DNA from: Gammaproteobacteria bacterium
GTDB taxonomy: Bacteria; Pseudomonadota; Gammaproteobacteria; GCA-001735895
Direction of reading: 5' to 3'
NCBI GenBank assembly: GCA_050298595.1
Contig: JBNKUM010000101.1
Coordinates: 1-64,000, forward strand
DNA length: 64,000 nucleotides
Every line of letters starts with the position of its first letter. Position 1 is the stretch's first letter. Under the pieces are notes generated by a model that was not told where the DNA came from, made no database searches, and was given only the letters and a program-made list of their open reading frames with translations. Below, one piece after another: positions 32,363 to 43,726 of the stretch. Position numbers and translations under genes: made by a program.

Positions 32363-33794
32363 AATAGCGATAGACCCCATCAGCCGAGTTGAAGGCCATG
32401 GAAAAATTACGCTTCAACAGGATGAGAATAATCATATCACTCAGGCACGTTTACATATTGTCGAGTTCCGAGGCTTTGAGAAATTTGTCCAGGGACGTCC
32501 CTATCAGGAAGTCCCAGTGCTGGTTCAACGACTATGTGGCATCTGTCCGGTCAGTCATCACCTGGCTGCAGCCAAGGCCTGTGATCAGTTGACAGGTGTC
32601 AAGCAGCTCACACCAACGGCAGAGAAAATGCGTCGTCTAATGCATTTCGGCCAGACCTTGCAATCGCATGCCCTGCATTTCTTTCATCTTTCATCTCCCG
32701 ATCTATTATTTGGTTACGATGATGAGGTCAGTCACCGCAATGTCATCGGCGTTATTCAGGAAAATCCTGAACTGGCTAAACAGGGTGTTTTATTGCGAAA
32801 GTATGGGCAGGAAATTATTCGCATCACTTCTGGCAAAAGAATTCATGGTACCGGTGCAATCCCAGGAGGTATCAATAAAAATCTGAGTATTGAAGAACGC
32901 GATTATCTACAGAAAGATATCGATCAAATGATCCAGTGGGTAATTTCTGCGGTTGAGTTATTTAAAAAAGTCTTTTATCAGCAGCGCGACTATCAGGAAT
33001 CCTTTGCCGCTATAGAAAGCAGTATGCTGAGCCTGATACGTAAAGATGGCGCACTGGAAATATACGATGGTGGTTTGCGCGCAAGATATGCGGATGGTTC
33101 TCAGATATTTGATCATTACGATGATGCTCATTATCTGGATGTCATCAATGAGCATATTGAATCCTGGAGTTATATGAAGTTTCCATTCTTTAAATCGATA
33201 GGGTTTGAACAGGGCTGGTATCGAGTGGGTCCATTAGCTCGTATGAATAATTGTGATTTCATCGATACGCCTCTGGCTGAACAGCAACGTGTTGAATTCA
33301 AGTCCCTGAATGGCGGCAAACCTGTTCAATTCTCTTTAGCCTATCATTGGGCACGTTTAATTGAGTTATTACATTGCGCTGAATCGATCAAATTACTATT
33401 GTCCGATAGTGATTTACAGGGTGATAATCTCGTCGTTAAGGGTGAGATGCAATCTCGTGGTTTCGGTATTATTGAAGCACCTCGTGGCACCTTGCTGCAT
33501 CATTATGAAATCAATGAAGATGGCTTGATTGAAAAAGCCAACCTGATCGTATCCACCACGCATAATAATCGAGCGATGAATGAATCTATACGGCATGTTG
33601 CAAATCAATATCTGAATGGCAATGAGATCACTGAACCCCTGCTCAATCAACTTGAGGTTGCGGTACGTGCCTACGATCCCTGTTTATCCTGCGCCACCCA
33701 TGCGCTGGGAAAAATGCCCCTGCAGGTGACTCTACTGGATCATCAGGGTAATACGCTAGCGGTCAGAGAAAAATCATCCGGCGATGTCTCTTAA
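32355..33794 (+). CDS. hoxH: [NiFe]-hydrogenase large subunit HoxH (group 3d)
   Basis: RVEGHGK, L1 QRLCGICPVSH, L2 AYDPCLSCATH and a cleavable C-terminal extension. Confidence 0.95.
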   Translation: MTRIAIDPISRVEGHGKITLQQDENNHITQARLHIVEFRGFEKFVQGRPYQEVPVLVQRLCGICPVSHHLAAAKACDQLTGVKQLTPTAEKMRRLMHFGQTLQSHALHFFHLSSPDLLFGYDDEVSHRNVIGVIQENPELAKQGVLLRKYGQEIIRITSGKRIHGTGAIPGGINKNLSIEERDYLQKDIDQMIQWVISAVELFKKVFYQQRDYQESFAAIESSMLSLIRKDGALEIYDGGLRARYADGSQIFDHYDDAHYLDVINEHIESWSYMKFPFFKSIGFEQGWYRVGPLARMNNCDFIDTPLAEQQRVEFKSLNGGKPVQFSLAYHWARLIELLHCAESIKLLLSDSDLQGDNLVVKGEMQSRGFGIIEAPRGTLLHHYEINEDGLIEKANLIVSTTHNNRAMNESIRHVANQYLNGNEITEPLLNQLEVAVRAYDPCLSCATHALGKMPLQVTLLDHQGNTLAVREKSSGDVS

Positions 33795-34272
33795 ACCGGT
33801 CTTGATATTTGCCTATGGTAATATCTCGCGTGGAGATGATGCACTAGCGCCCCTGTTGATTGAACAGCTGCAAGATGCTGATCTTGAAACTGTGTGTGGT
33901 CATCCGGTCAAATATCTTTGCGACTATCATATCCATGTAGAACATATACTGGATTTACAGGGTTGTGAAAGAGTGCTGTTGATAGATGCGCATCAATCAC
34001 TCAGCCAGCCATATTCATTCGAGTTAGTCCAGCCAAAAAGAGAAACCAGCTATACCACGCATGGGATTTCACCACCCACTTTATTGAGTACCTATGAGAA
34101 TACTCTAAGCGATCAGGCTCCATCAAGTTATCTGTTGGCGGTTCAGGGGCATGAGTTTAATCTGGGTGAGGGTTTATCGTCATCGGCACAGAATAGCCTG
34201 AATCAGGCTTTCGACTTCACTCTAAGTATCCTGCAACAGGATGATTTTCAATACTGGGATAAGGCGGTATAG
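33784..34272 (+). CDS. hoxW: Hydrogenase maturation protease HoxW
   Basis: YGNISRGDD, VLLIDA and TTHGISP; directly after hoxH. Confidence 0.88.
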   Translation: MSLKPVLIFAYGNISRGDDALAPLLIEQLQDADLETVCGHPVKYLCDYHIHVEHILDLQGCERVLLIDAHQSLSQPYSFELVQPKRETSYTTHGISPPTLLSTYENTLSDQAPSSYLLAVQGHEFNLGEGLSSSAQNSLNQAFDFTLSILQQDDFQYWDKAV

Positions 34273-34464
34273 TTTTTTACCAGACTTCTATTAGTGAATG
34301 TGGCACTGAAAATTATTTTGAATCTATTGGTATGGTTCGTTTTATATCAACTATTATTATGAAGTTGTCTATTCACACGGTTTTGCCCCGGAAAAACTTG
34401 TTTTACGCGTTAGTATTATTTTAGGGGTGTTTTTGAGTTTTTCATTAGCCTGGGAGGCAGTAAA

Positions 34465-35211
34465 ATGATTTATTTAATAAATAAAACAACCCTTCTCATT
34501 CTCATATTTTTCCTTTTAGCAGGTCTTAGCTTATCGAGTCAGGCACAGCCCGATGTGTTTATCTTTAATACCAGTACCGGAGCACCCTATTCAACGGTAG
34601 ATCATACAGGGTTTCAGGATCTTATTGTCGAAGAGGTATTTCGCCGTATTGGATTAAAAGGCAAGGTTGTAAAGTACGATGCATCAGCTCGTGCATTAAC
34701 CAATGCGAATGATAATCTGGATCAGGGTGTTGCAATGCGCATCAGAGGGCTGGAAAAAAAATACCCAAACCTGGTTAGAATAGACGAAACTCTAATCGAT
34801 AATGACTTTGTTGCCTATTCAAAAAATATAGATTTAATCACCGATGGTTGGGACAGTCTAAAGCCATTTTCAGTTGTCTATATTAATGGTTGGGTGATTT
34901 TCGATCGTAATCTGGACCCGGAGCAGAATCTTCGCAAGGTTAAAAAACCACAGCAAATGTTTTCTATGCTTGAGAAAAACAGGGTTGATCTGGTGTTATA
35001 TGAACGCTGGCAAGGTCTACAGGATGCAAAAGATTCTGGTATGCAGGTCACTGTACATGAGCCACCGCTAGCAACTGTGAAAATGTTTATGTACATCCAT
35101 AAGGATTATGCCAATCTTGCTCCAAAATTGGCGAAGGCTCTTTTGCAGATGAAACAAGATGGAAGCTACCAGGCGATATATGATCGTACCTTAAAGGTGC
35201 TGCTACACTGA
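34465..35211 (+). CDS. Periplasmic substrate-binding protein (family 3-like), probable sensory partner of the downstream enzyme
   Basis: Signal peptide; MLEKNRVDL and MKQDGSYQAI motifs; no transporter genes adjacent. Confidence 0.75.
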   Translation: MIYLINKTTLLILIFFLLAGLSLSSQAQPDVFIFNTSTGAPYSTVDHTGFQDLIVEEVFRRIGLKGKVVKYDASARALTNANDNLDQGVAMRIRGLEKKYPNLVRIDETLIDNDFVAYSKNIDLITDGWDSLKPFSVVYINGWVIFDRNLDPEQNLRKVKKPQQMFSMLEKNRVDLVLYERWQGLQDAKDSGMQVTVHEPPLATVKMFMYIHKDYANLAPKLAKALLQMKQDGSYQAIYDRTLKVLLH

Positions 35212-35243
35212 TATTTCCTGTAGATAGAAGGGTATCGTTTTTT

Positions 35244-37982
35244 ATGCCAAATAGAATTGCAAGGAAGCTTATTATAGTACTGATTCTTTTCAGCTCTGTG
35301 ATAACCCTGATTATCACTGTTTTACAGTTGTACTTTGAATATGAGGATGAGATCGCCGCTGTAAACGCACACTTCGTTCAGGTTGAACGCAGCTACCTCA
35401 AAAGTATTTCAGAAAATATCTGGGAAGAGGATCCTGAACGCCTTGTTCTTCTCATCAATGGTATAGCGGAGTTTCCGGGTATTGAGTTCGTCAGGGTAAG
35501 AGACAGCGACGGAAAAACCTTAGCTAGCGTTGGGCATAGTTTAGTCCGCCAGTCGATTAAGAAAAACTATTTACTAAATTATACTTTCCGGGGTGCTGAG
35601 AGATTGATCGGGGATCTGGAAGTCGTCGCAAGCCTGTCAGCTATCTATCAGCAACTTTTCAAACGTTTTGGCATTATTCTAGCTTCAAATGCTATTAAAA
35701 CCTTGTTGATTTCAACCTTTTTATTCGCTGTCATTAACTGGTTGCTTACCAGTCAACTTGATTCGATGACTCGCTTTACAAAGAGTATGGATCTTTCTAA
35801 ACCGATGCCTCCACTGCAATTAAAAAGAGGTGTTTTCAGTGGTCGGCATGATGAAGTTGATCAGTTAGCCGACGCTCTCAATTATATGCAGAAAACCCTA
35901 TCTGACACGTTTAGTTCGCTAAAGGAAAGTGAGCAGCGTTTTCGCCAGTTAGCCGAGAATATTAACGAGGTATTCTGGTTAGGTTCTCCCGACTGGAATA
36001 AGGTTTATTATTTAAGCCCGGCATTTGAAAAATTATGGGGAATGAGATGCGAAGATATTTATGAAAGCCCGAAACGATGGATGGATTCAGTCCATGCAGA
36101 CGATAGAGAACAACTGCTAGCTGACATCCCCGGCAAGATAGAGGATATCGAAGATATTATCGACTTTAAGGCGTATCGCGTAAAACAGAAAGATGGACTA
36201 ATACGCTGGATAAAGGCGAGGGCCTACCCGATCCGTGATGGTAGTGGGCAGATAATTCGTATTGCTGGAATTGCAGAAGATATCACTGAAAGTAAACAGG
36301 CTGAAGAAGAGCTCAGAAAACTATCGCGTGCAATAGAATCCAGCTCTTCTGCAATATTCATTACTAACAAACAGGGTACCATAGAATATGTAAATCCCCG
36401 GTTTAGCGATCAAACTGGTTATAGCAAAGAGGTGGCAATTGGGAAAGCTGCTGATTTTTTGCGTTCAAGCAACGCGAAGGATTCTATCTTTGATGATTTA
36501 TGGCAAGCCATTGCCTCTGGAGAAGACTGGAGAGGAGAACTGGATAATCAAACCAGAAATGGTATGCACTTTCGAGCAAGAGTTTCAATTTCAGCGGTCA
36601 AGGATGCTCTTGGTGAAACTACTCACTTTATCGGCATTCAGGACGATGTGACTCATGAATATCTATTGACAGAGCAGCTCAACTATCAGGCCACTCATGA
36701 TGCCTTAACCGGGCTTTATAATCGAATCGAATTTGAACGAAGGTCAGAACAGTTATTTGCCAGCAGCCGAGGAAATGAGGTAGAGCATGCATTGTGTTTT
36801 ATGGATCTTGACCAGTTCAAGCTGATCAACGATACCTGTGGCCATATTGCCGGTGATGAATTATTACGTCAATTAAGCCGTGTGTTGCAGGGGGCTGTTA
36901 GACAAAATGATACCCTGGCCCGGCTAGGTGGAGATGAGTTTGGTGTTTTGATGGAACACTGTTCGCTGGATCAGGCGCATCGGGTTGCTGAATCTCTGCT
37001 CAAGAGTATCCAGGAATACCAGTTTGTATGGGAAGGGAAATATTTTCATGTCGGTGTGAGTATTGGCCTGGTTGCTATAACCCACCAAACCACTAGTTTG
37101 AGTGAGTTACTCAAACAGGCTGATGCAGCCTGCTATATGGCGAAAGACTTGGGGCGTAATCGTATTCATGAATATCACATTGAGGATAGCGGGCTAGCCC
37201 AGCGTCAGGGAGAAATGTTATGGGTAAACCGTATTAGTCAGGCGCTGGAAGAAAACCGCTTATGTTTATATGCACAGCCCATAGTGCCTTTAGATCATTC
37301 AACACAAGAACATTATGAACTGCTGGTCAGAATGGTGGAAGAGGACGGTACGATTATACAGCCGGGAGATTTTTTACCTGCGGCTGAACGATATGATCTG
37401 ATATCAAAAATTGATGAGTGGGTCATGAACAATGCATTTAAATTATTATCCACTCATGTCGAGTTTGTTGATCAAATTGACTTTATTTGTATTAATCTTT
37501 CTGGAGCATCACTAACCAGTGGGGCTTTTCTAGATTCAATCTTTATGAATCTAAATAAGGCAGGCTTTACGCCTGACAAGATATGTTTTGAAGTCACCGA
37601 GACGGTAGCCATATCGAACTTAAGTGCTGCAATAACCTTTATCAGGCTGCTTAAAGATACCGGCTTTCGCTTTGCACTAGATGACTTTGGTAGCGGCCTG
37701 TCATCGTTTGGATATTTAAAAAACCTGCCGGTAGATTTTCTTAAAATTGATGGTATGTTTGTCAAGGACATCGTGGATGACCCTATCGATTATGCAATGG
37801 TAAAATCGATCAATGAAATTGGTCAGGTAATGGGTATGCAGACTATTGCTGAGTTTGTTGAGAATGATGAAATTATGCAAAAGTTAAGACTCATCGGAGT
37901 AGACTTTGCTCAGGGATATGGAGTTGGAAAACCGCAACCACTTGAAGAACTCATTAAAAATTCTCAGACTACAGGCAGCTAA
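35244..37982 (+). CDS. Membrane-anchored PAS/PAS-GGDEF-EAL diguanylate cyclase/phosphodiesterase
   Basis: Two TM segments, HAMP-like region, two PAS domains, ARLGGDEF, ELLVRM and DDFGSGLSS. Confidence 0.92.
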   Translation: MPNRIARKLIIVLILFSSVITLIITVLQLYFEYEDEIAAVNAHFVQVERSYLKSISENIWEEDPERLVLLINGIAEFPGIEFVRVRDSDGKTLASVGHSLVRQSIKKNYLLNYTFRGAERLIGDLEVVASLSAIYQQLFKRFGIILASNAIKTLLISTFLFAVINWLLTSQLDSMTRFTKSMDLSKPMPPLQLKRGVFSGRHDEVDQLADALNYMQKTLSDTFSSLKESEQRFRQLAENINEVFWLGSPDWNKVYYLSPAFEKLWGMRCEDIYESPKRWMDSVHADDREQLLADIPGKIEDIEDIIDFKAYRVKQKDGLIRWIKARAYPIRDGSGQIIRIAGIAEDITESKQAEEELRKLSRAIESSSSAIFITNKQGTIEYVNPRFSDQTGYSKEVAIGKAADFLRSSNAKDSIFDDLWQAIASGEDWRGELDNQTRNGMHFRARVSISAVKDALGETTHFIGIQDDVTHEYLLTEQLNYQATHDALTGLYNRIEFERRSEQLFASSRGNEVEHALCFMDLDQFKLINDTCGHIAGDELLRQLSRVLQGAVRQNDTLARLGGDEFGVLMEHCSLDQAHRVAESLLKSIQEYQFVWEGKYFHVGVSIGLVAITHQTTSLSELLKQADAACYMAKDLGRNRIHEYHIEDSGLAQRQGEMLWVNRISQALEENRLCLYAQPIVPLDHSTQEHYELLVRMVEEDGTIIQPGDFLPAAERYDLISKIDEWVMNNAFKLLSTHVEFVDQIDFICINLSGASLTSGAFLDSIFMNLNKAGFTPDKICFEVTETVAISNLSAAITFIRLLKDTGFRFALDDFGSGLSSFGYLKNLPVDFLKIDGMFVKDIVDDPIDYAMVKSINEIGQVMGMQTIAEFVENDEIMQKLRLIGVDFAQGYGVGKPQPLEELIKNSQTTGS

Positions 37983-37985
37983 ACT

Positions 37986-38456
37986 ATGCATGCTTCAGAC
38001 GTGATGGACCCTAATCCATCAACATTAAAACCAGACGATAGCATTGAATATGCAGTTAAATTCATCAGGGATAAACGCTACCGTAGTTTGCCCATAATTG
38101 ATGATAATGGGTGTTATATAGGCATGTTTGGTGTTAATTGCCTGATTAAGCAGGTCATCCCAAAAGCCGTGTTTATGCATCGTGGGCTAGAAAATGTCAG
38201 CTTTATCCATGAGTCTCTGGATGACCTGTATGATCGTTTTGCAGCTGTAAAGGATGAGCCTATTATAAAGTGCATTAGCATGGATATAAAATCGCTTAGC
38301 CCGGACACGCCGCTTACTGAAACCTTACTGCAATTATACAATACACAACTCAGTATTCCTGTGGTTGAACCAGGTAGTAATAAGTTATTGGGTATGATTT
38401 CCTACTGGGATGTAGAGCATAGAATACTTCAGGCTGGATTAAAAAGGCATGACTGA
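37986..38456 (+). CDS. CBS-domain protein
   Basis: ASDVMD, RSLPII and IPVVE..LLGMISYWD; overlaps the downstream transporter start. Confidence 0.85.
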   Translation: MHASDVMDPNPSTLKPDDSIEYAVKFIRDKRYRSLPIIDDNGCYIGMFGVNCLIKQVIPKAVFMHRGLENVSFIHESLDDLYDRFAAVKDEPIIKCISMDIKSLSPDTPLTETLLQLYNTQLSIPVVEPGSNKLLGMISYWDVEHRILQAGLKRHD

Positions 38457-39786
38457 CCTTAATGCAACTGATGTGATTTTTGGTCTATCTCCAGTCTGGG
38501 TAGCGAGTAGTATCTTTGTGCTGAGTTATATCATGATAGTGACTGAGCGACTCAACCGAGCTGTCATCTCCATGTTTGGTGCTGCTATCATGATTGTTAG
38601 TGGCGTATTAAACCAGCAGGCTGCTTTACAGGGTGTGGACTTTAATACGATAGGCCTGCTCACTGGTATGATGATAATTGTTGCCGTTACTCGTGATTCG
38701 GGCGTGTTTCAGTACCTGGCCATTCGTGCGGTTAAGTTGGTCAAAGGCAAGCCATGGGGCATTCTGGTAATGCTGATGATAATTACCGCATTATTATCAG
38801 CATTACTGGACAATGTGACTACTGTACTTTTGATAGCACCAGTAACCCTGCTGATTACCGATACGCTCAAATTAAATGCCTATCCCTATCTATTCGCCGA
38901 AATTTTTGCTTCAAACATCGGGGGTACAGCTACCCTGATCGGAGATCCACCTAATATCATGATCGGATCGGCAACCGGTCTTGGATATAACGACTTTCTA
39001 TTCAACCTGGCTCCAATCTCCATTTTTATCTTGCTGTTGACTATGTTGCCGATTTATTTCATCTGGGGCAGGCACTTAACTACTACACCAGAATTAATCA
39101 AAAAGGTCATGTTATACAGAGAAAATGATGCAATAAAAGATGTTGTATTGTTGAAAAAATCATTGTTTGTACTGACTCTGGTGATGATGGGCTTTATTTT
39201 GGGGCATGATTATGGTTTACATGCAGCAACGATTGCAATGTTAGGAGCAGCATTGTTGTTAACGCTTAACTGTCTACCACACAATGCCGAAACACAGACG
39301 GAAATGGTCACAGAGTCTCTTAATGAGATAGAGTGGGTGACCATCTTCTTTTTCATCGGCCTGTTTATTCTGGTTTATGGTCTCGAAATAACCGGCCTAT
39401 TGGAGATGCTGGCCCATCAGGTTATGGGGCTGACGGGTGGTGATATCACCGTCACAGCTCTATCAATCTTATTTGTCTCGGCTACGGCTTCGGCAATAAT
39501 CGATAATATCCCTTTCGTAGCGACCATGATCCCGTTAATCAAAAATATGGCTGCTGGTTTAGGGGGCACAGAAGAATTAGTGCCACTCTGGTGGTCACTG
39601 GCTTTGGGTTCCTGTCTGGGGGGGAATGGTAGCCTGGTAGGGGCCAGTGCCAACTTGATCGTTGCAGGTTTTGCAGAACGCTCGGGGCAGCCCATCAAGT
39701 TTTTGCCTTTCATGCTGATTGCATTTCCGATGATGCTGCTATCTGTACTTATCAGTAGTGTGTACGTTTACCTGCGCTATCTGTAA
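38449..39786 (+). CDS. ArsB/NhaD-family ion transporter
   Basis: SALLDNVTT, ASNIGGTATLIGDPPN, IIDNIP and GGNGSLVGASAN. Confidence 0.88.
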   Translation: MTDLNATDVIFGLSPVWVASSIFVLSYIMIVTERLNRAVISMFGAAIMIVSGVLNQQAALQGVDFNTIGLLTGMMIIVAVTRDSGVFQYLAIRAVKLVKGKPWGILVMLMIITALLSALLDNVTTVLLIAPVTLLITDTLKLNAYPYLFAEIFASNIGGTATLIGDPPNIMIGSATGLGYNDFLFNLAPISIFILLLTMLPIYFIWGRHLTTTPELIKKVMLYRENDAIKDVVLLKKSLFVLTLVMMGFILGHDYGLHAATIAMLGAALLLTLNCLPHNAETQTEMVTESLNEIEWVTIFFFIGLFILVYGLEITGLLEMLAHQVMGLTGGDITVTALSILFVSATASAIIDNIPFVATMIPLIKNMAAGLGGTEELVPLWWSLALGSCLGGNGSLVGASANLIVAGFAERSGQPIKFLPFMLIAFPMMLLSVLISSVYVYLRYL

Positions 39787-39797
39787 TCGTTACTCAT

Positions 39798-39826
39798 AAA
39801 AAAGGGGCGGTCCAGCCGCCCCTTTT
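39798..39826. terminator. Bidirectional intrinsic terminator
   Basis: AAAAAAGGGGCGG-tccag-CCGCCCCTTTT between convergent genes. Confidence 0.85.
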
Positions 39827-39848
39827 ATTGTGCTAATAAAAAGGTGAA

Positions 39849-42077
39849 TCAGCCGCGAGCAGAATCCAGCAAACTATTGAAGGTTTGACTAGGGCGCATG
39901 ATGGCTGACATTTTCGCTACATCAGCATGGTAGTAACCACCGATGTCAACCGGCTTACCCTGGACTTTAGTCAACTCATCCACAATGGCTTGTTCATTCT
40001 CTTCCAGTGCTTTCGCCAATGGTTTGAATTTCGCCTGTAGCTCTGCATCTTCAGTTTGTTCAGCAAGAGCCTGAGCCCAGTACATCGCCAGATAAAAATG
40101 ACTGCCACGATTATCCAGTTCTCCGGTTCTGCGAGAGGGGGACTTGTTATTCTCCAGCAGTTTACCCGTAGCACTATCTAAGGTATCAGCCAGAATTTTA
40201 GCCCGCGCATTGCCAGATTTAATATTGATATCTTCCAGAGATACGGCAAGAGCGAGGAATTCACCTAAGGAGTCCCAGCGTAAATGATTTTCCTCTACCA
40301 ACTGATCAACATGTTTAGGCGCGGATCCACCTGCACCGGTTTCAAACAGGCCGCCACCGGCCATTAAAGGAACTATCGACAGCATCTTGGCGCTGGTGCC
40401 CAGCTCCATAATTGGAAACAGGTCGGTGAGATAATCGCGCAGGATATTACCAGTAACAGAAATCGTATCCTTGCCACGGATAATGCGTTCCAGCGAGTAA
40501 CGCATGGCACGTAGGGTAGACATGATATGGATATCGGTTCCTGTCAGGTCGTGATCCTGCAGGTACAGCTTAACCTTTTTAATCAGTTCAGCATCGTGTG
40601 GGCGATACTCATCCAGCCAGAAAACGGTAGGTATGCCTGATTGCTTTGCACGAGTCACAGCCAGTTTGACCCAGTCCTGAATCGGCGCATCCTTGGTCTG
40701 ACACATGCGCCAGATATCGCCGGTTTCAACATTTTGTTCGATCAGGACCTTACCTTCATCATCTACTATACGAGCAACCCCATCAGCAGGAATTTCAAAG
40801 GTTTTATCGTGCGAGCCATACTCTTCTGCTTTTTGCGCCATGAGACCCACATTAGGTACTGTACCCATGGTGGTTGGGTCAAAAGCGCCATTGGTTTTAC
40901 AGAAGTTGATGATTTCCTGATAGATGCGCGCATAAGTGCTTTCTGGAATGACGGCCTTGGTATCTTTAAGTTTTCCATCCGGCCCCCACATCTGGCCTCC
41001 GTTACGGATCATGGCAGGCATAGAGGCATCAACGATCACGTCATTAGGTGCATGCAGGTTAGAGATACCTTTAACCGAGTCAACCATCGCCAGTTCTGGG
41101 CGTGACTGATAACAGGCATGGATATCTTTTTCAATTTCATCACGGAATGAGCGTGGCAGGTCTTCTATTTTTTCATACACGCTGCTAATGCCATTGTTCG
41201 GATTTACGCCCAGCTTATTGAAAAGATCGCCATATTTTGCGAACAGGTCTTTGTAAAATACCTTAACCGCATGGCCAAAAACGATAGGGTGGGAAACCTT
41301 CATCATGGTCGCTTTAACGTGTAGTGAAAACATCACGCCGGTTTCACGCGCGTCTTCAAGCTGTTCTTCGAAGAATTTTTGCAGGGCTTTGGCGCTCATG
41401 AACATGCTGTCGATGATTTCGCCTTTTAGCAGAGAGGTTTTTTCTTTTAGGACAATGACTTTGCCGTCTTTGGTTTCCAGCTCCATACGTACGTCACAGG
41501 CCTTATCCAGTGTCAGGCATTTTTCGCTGGAGTAAAAATCTCCGCCGCGCATATGTGCCACATGGGTACGTGAAGCAGGGCTCCATTTTTCCATAGAATG
41601 AGGGTTTTTACGTGCATAGCGCTTTACTGCAGGGGGCGCGCGACGATCAGAGTTGCCTTCGCGTAGCACCGGGTTAACAGCACTACCCAGAATCTTTGAA
41701 TAGCGCTGTCTGATGGTTTTTTCTTCATCTGAAGAAGGCTCTTCAGGAAAATCAGGGATATTAAAACCCTGAGACTGTAATTCGCTGATTGCATTGATCA
41801 ACTGGGGAATAGAAGCACTGATATTGGGTAGTTTGATGATATTGGTATCGGGCTCCTGGGTAAGTCTACCCAGTTCATCCAGGTCATCGGGCACTTTCTG
41901 ATCATCATCGAGATAGTCAGAGAATTCAGCCAGAATTCTTGCTGAAACCGAAATGTCTTTCGTCTCTAATTCAATATCAGCAGCTGAAGCAAAGGTTTCA
42001 ATGATGGGTAAAAAAGAGCGAGTCGCCAGCAGAGGGGCTTCGTCCGTTAGAGTATATATTATTTTCGAATTAGTCAT
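39849..42077 (-). CDS. icd: Monomeric NADP-dependent isocitrate dehydrogenase
   Basis: 742 aa; [37 protein letters not shown] and [10 protein letters not shown]. Confidence 0.96.
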   Translation of the reverse strand: MTNSKIIYTLTDEAPLLATRSFLPIIETFASAADIELETKDISVSARILAEFSDYLDDDQKVPDDLDELGRLTQEPDTNIIKLPNISASIPQLINAISELQSQGFNIPDFPEEPSSDEEKTIRQRYSKILGSAVNPVLREGNSDRRAPPAVKRYARKNPHSMEKWSPASRTHVAHMRGGDFYSSEKCLTLDKACDVRMELETKDGKVIVLKEKTSLLKGEIIDSMFMSAKALQKFFEEQLEDARETGVMFSLHVKATMMKVSHPIVFGHAVKVFYKDLFAKYGDLFNKLGVNPNNGISSVYEKIEDLPRSFRDEIEKDIHACYQSRPELAMVDSVKGISNLHAPNDVIVDASMPAMIRNGGQMWGPDGKLKDTKAVIPESTYARIYQEIINFCKTNGAFDPTTMGTVPNVGLMAQKAEEYGSHDKTFEIPADGVARIVDDEGKVLIEQNVETGDIWRMCQTKDAPIQDWVKLAVTRAKQSGIPTVFWLDEYRPHDAELIKKVKLYLQDHDLTGTDIHIMSTLRAMRYSLERIIRGKDTISVTGNILRDYLTDLFPIMELGTSAKMLSIVPLMAGGGLFETGAGGSAPKHVDQLVEENHLRWDSLGEFLALAVSLEDINIKSGNARAKILADTLDSATGKLLENNKSPSRRTGELDNRGSHFYLAMYWAQALAEQTEDAELQAKFKPLAKALEENEQAIVDELTKVQGKPVDIGGYYHADVAKMSAIMRPSQTFNSLLDSARG

Positions 42078-42313
42078 ATAGAACCACTTTCATCCTGTTT
42101 ATAAATTGGGGATTTTTATGGCGGCTATTATGAGACAACAACTCAAATTGGTATAGACCATAATCTGATACTTAAATAAGTTGAAGCTATTAGTATGATT
42201 TATAAGGATATTATGAACATTTCTGCACAATTCATATTGGAATTCAGTGGGGTGATCGCACTATTTTTGGGCGTCTGCAAGCGTCTATTGCCTCCTATAA
42301 GCTGTGTAGGGTG

Positions 42314-42340
42314 GGACCTGAAGCATGCAGCTTCAGGTCC
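42314..42340. repeat. REP-like palindrome or terminator downstream of msrA
   Basis: GGACCTGAAGC-atgca-GCTTCAGGTCC perfect 11-bp stem, preceded by GTAG. Confidence 0.5.
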
Positions 42341-42373
42341 TGTAGAGGCATAAGGTCATTGATCAGAGGTGCT

Positions 42374-42988
42374 TTAAGATTTTCCCCAAAGCTCTTCAAC
42401 CCTGGCATCCCGGCCACAGGTAAAACGATAATACTTGTATCTGATAGGATTTTTCCTGTAGTAATCCTGATGATATTCTTCAGCAGGATAAAATGTAGAT
42501 GCTTTTATTAGTTCTATCTTTACTGGTTCTTTAAAAGGCTTGTTTTGAGTGATCTCCTGTAGAGATTCCTCAGCGATTTTACGCTGAGTCTCATTCTGAT
42601 AAAAAATTGCCGGGCGATACTGTGGGCCATGATCGCAGAATTGCCCCTTATCATCGGTTGGGTCAATATGATGGAAGAAGTAGTCGAGTATCTGTTTGTA
42701 TTCTAAACGGGCGGGGTCATACGAAATGATTGCCGATTCTATATGTCCTGTATTGCCTGCGCTGACCTGTTTATAGGATGGATTGTCAACGTGACCGCCG
42801 GTATATCCAGAGACCACTTCGATCACTCCGTCGAGTTTTTCAAAATCGGATTCAACACACCAGAAACAACCTCCCGCAAGAATAGCAGTCGCTTTTTCTG
42901 TCTCGGCATGCACTATTGAATGGTTCAGTGTTGTGCTTACCAGTAAAAGCATCATAGAGAGAAGGTTTTTAATTTTCATAGGCTTCAT
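42374..42988 (-). CDS. msrA: Peptide methionine sulfoxide reductase MsrA (exported)
   Basis: Signal peptide; AGGCFWC, SGYTGG and AEEYHQDYY. Confidence 0.95.
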   Translation of the reverse strand: MKPMKIKNLLSMMLLLVSTTLNHSIVHAETEKATAILAGGCFWCVESDFEKLDGVIEVVSGYTGGHVDNPSYKQVSAGNTGHIESAIISYDPARLEYKQILDYFFHHIDPTDDKGQFCDHGPQYRPAIFYQNETQRKIAEESLQEITQNKPFKEPVKIELIKASTFYPAEEYHQDYYRKNPIRYKYYRFTCGRDARVEELWGKS

Positions 42989-43039
42989 AATACTGCTAAA
43001 CAGGAGTCTATTTAGTATGTAATGGCTGAGTTAAGTTCA

Positions 43040-43726
43040 CTATTTGTTGCGATCAAACTCACCGTATTGTAGAAAGTACAGGGTTTGACGAATCACTTCA
43101 GGGTTTTTCATCATGAAGGTATGAGTGACGGGCAGGGTGATAAAATCTCTCATACCTTCTATTTGCGTACTTTTCACGCTCACTTTGCCGTCATTGGGGC
43201 CAGGGATCAAGTTGGATAGCAACAGGTTGATACTGCGTTTTCCAGCGATTACGCCAAGTTCAAAATTGACTGGCCCCATTTTTTTAGGCAGGTCCTGTTC
43301 TGTCGTCCCCAGTTCACGTCCAGCGGGGCCATTGAGAAATGTATAACCAGGAAAGTCTTTTAACTTATCCACGGCTTCGCTACCTTTATTGGGCGGTCCC
43401 AGCATAACAACTCGTTCCAATGCTGGAATTTTGTGGGTTTGGCAATAATGGCGAAGCAGAATGCCGCCTAGTGAATGGGTGACGAAATTGACCCTGTCAG
43501 ATGGTTTTAGATGGCAACGTTCCAGGCCCTGTTCAACGGCTATCAGTGCAAGTTTCTCTACAGGCAATTCTCGCGATGGATAGCCAACATTGATCACCTG
43601 ATAACCCTGTTTTTGCAACGCCTTTTCCATTGCCTGCATCGATTGAGGTGTACGCGCCAGTCCGTGCAGTAGTATGACGTATAGTGCGGGTTTATCTGCC
43701 GTATTCATAGTTCTATCAGGAGTCAC
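43040..43726 (-). CDS. Alpha/beta-fold esterase/lipase-like protein
   Basis: LHGL, THSLGG nucleophile elbow, NDGKV and HTFMM. Confidence 0.85.
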   Translation of the reverse strand: MTPDRTMNTADKPALYVILLHGLARTPQSMQAMEKALQKQGYQVINVGYPSRELPVEKLALIAVEQGLERCHLKPSDRVNFVTHSLGGILLRHYCQTHKIPALERVVMLGPPNKGSEAVDKLKDFPGYTFLNGPAGRELGTTEQDLPKKMGPVNFELGVIAGKRSINLLLSNLIPGPNDGKVSVKSTQIEGMRDFITLPVTHTFMMKNPEVIRQTLYFLQYGEFDRNK

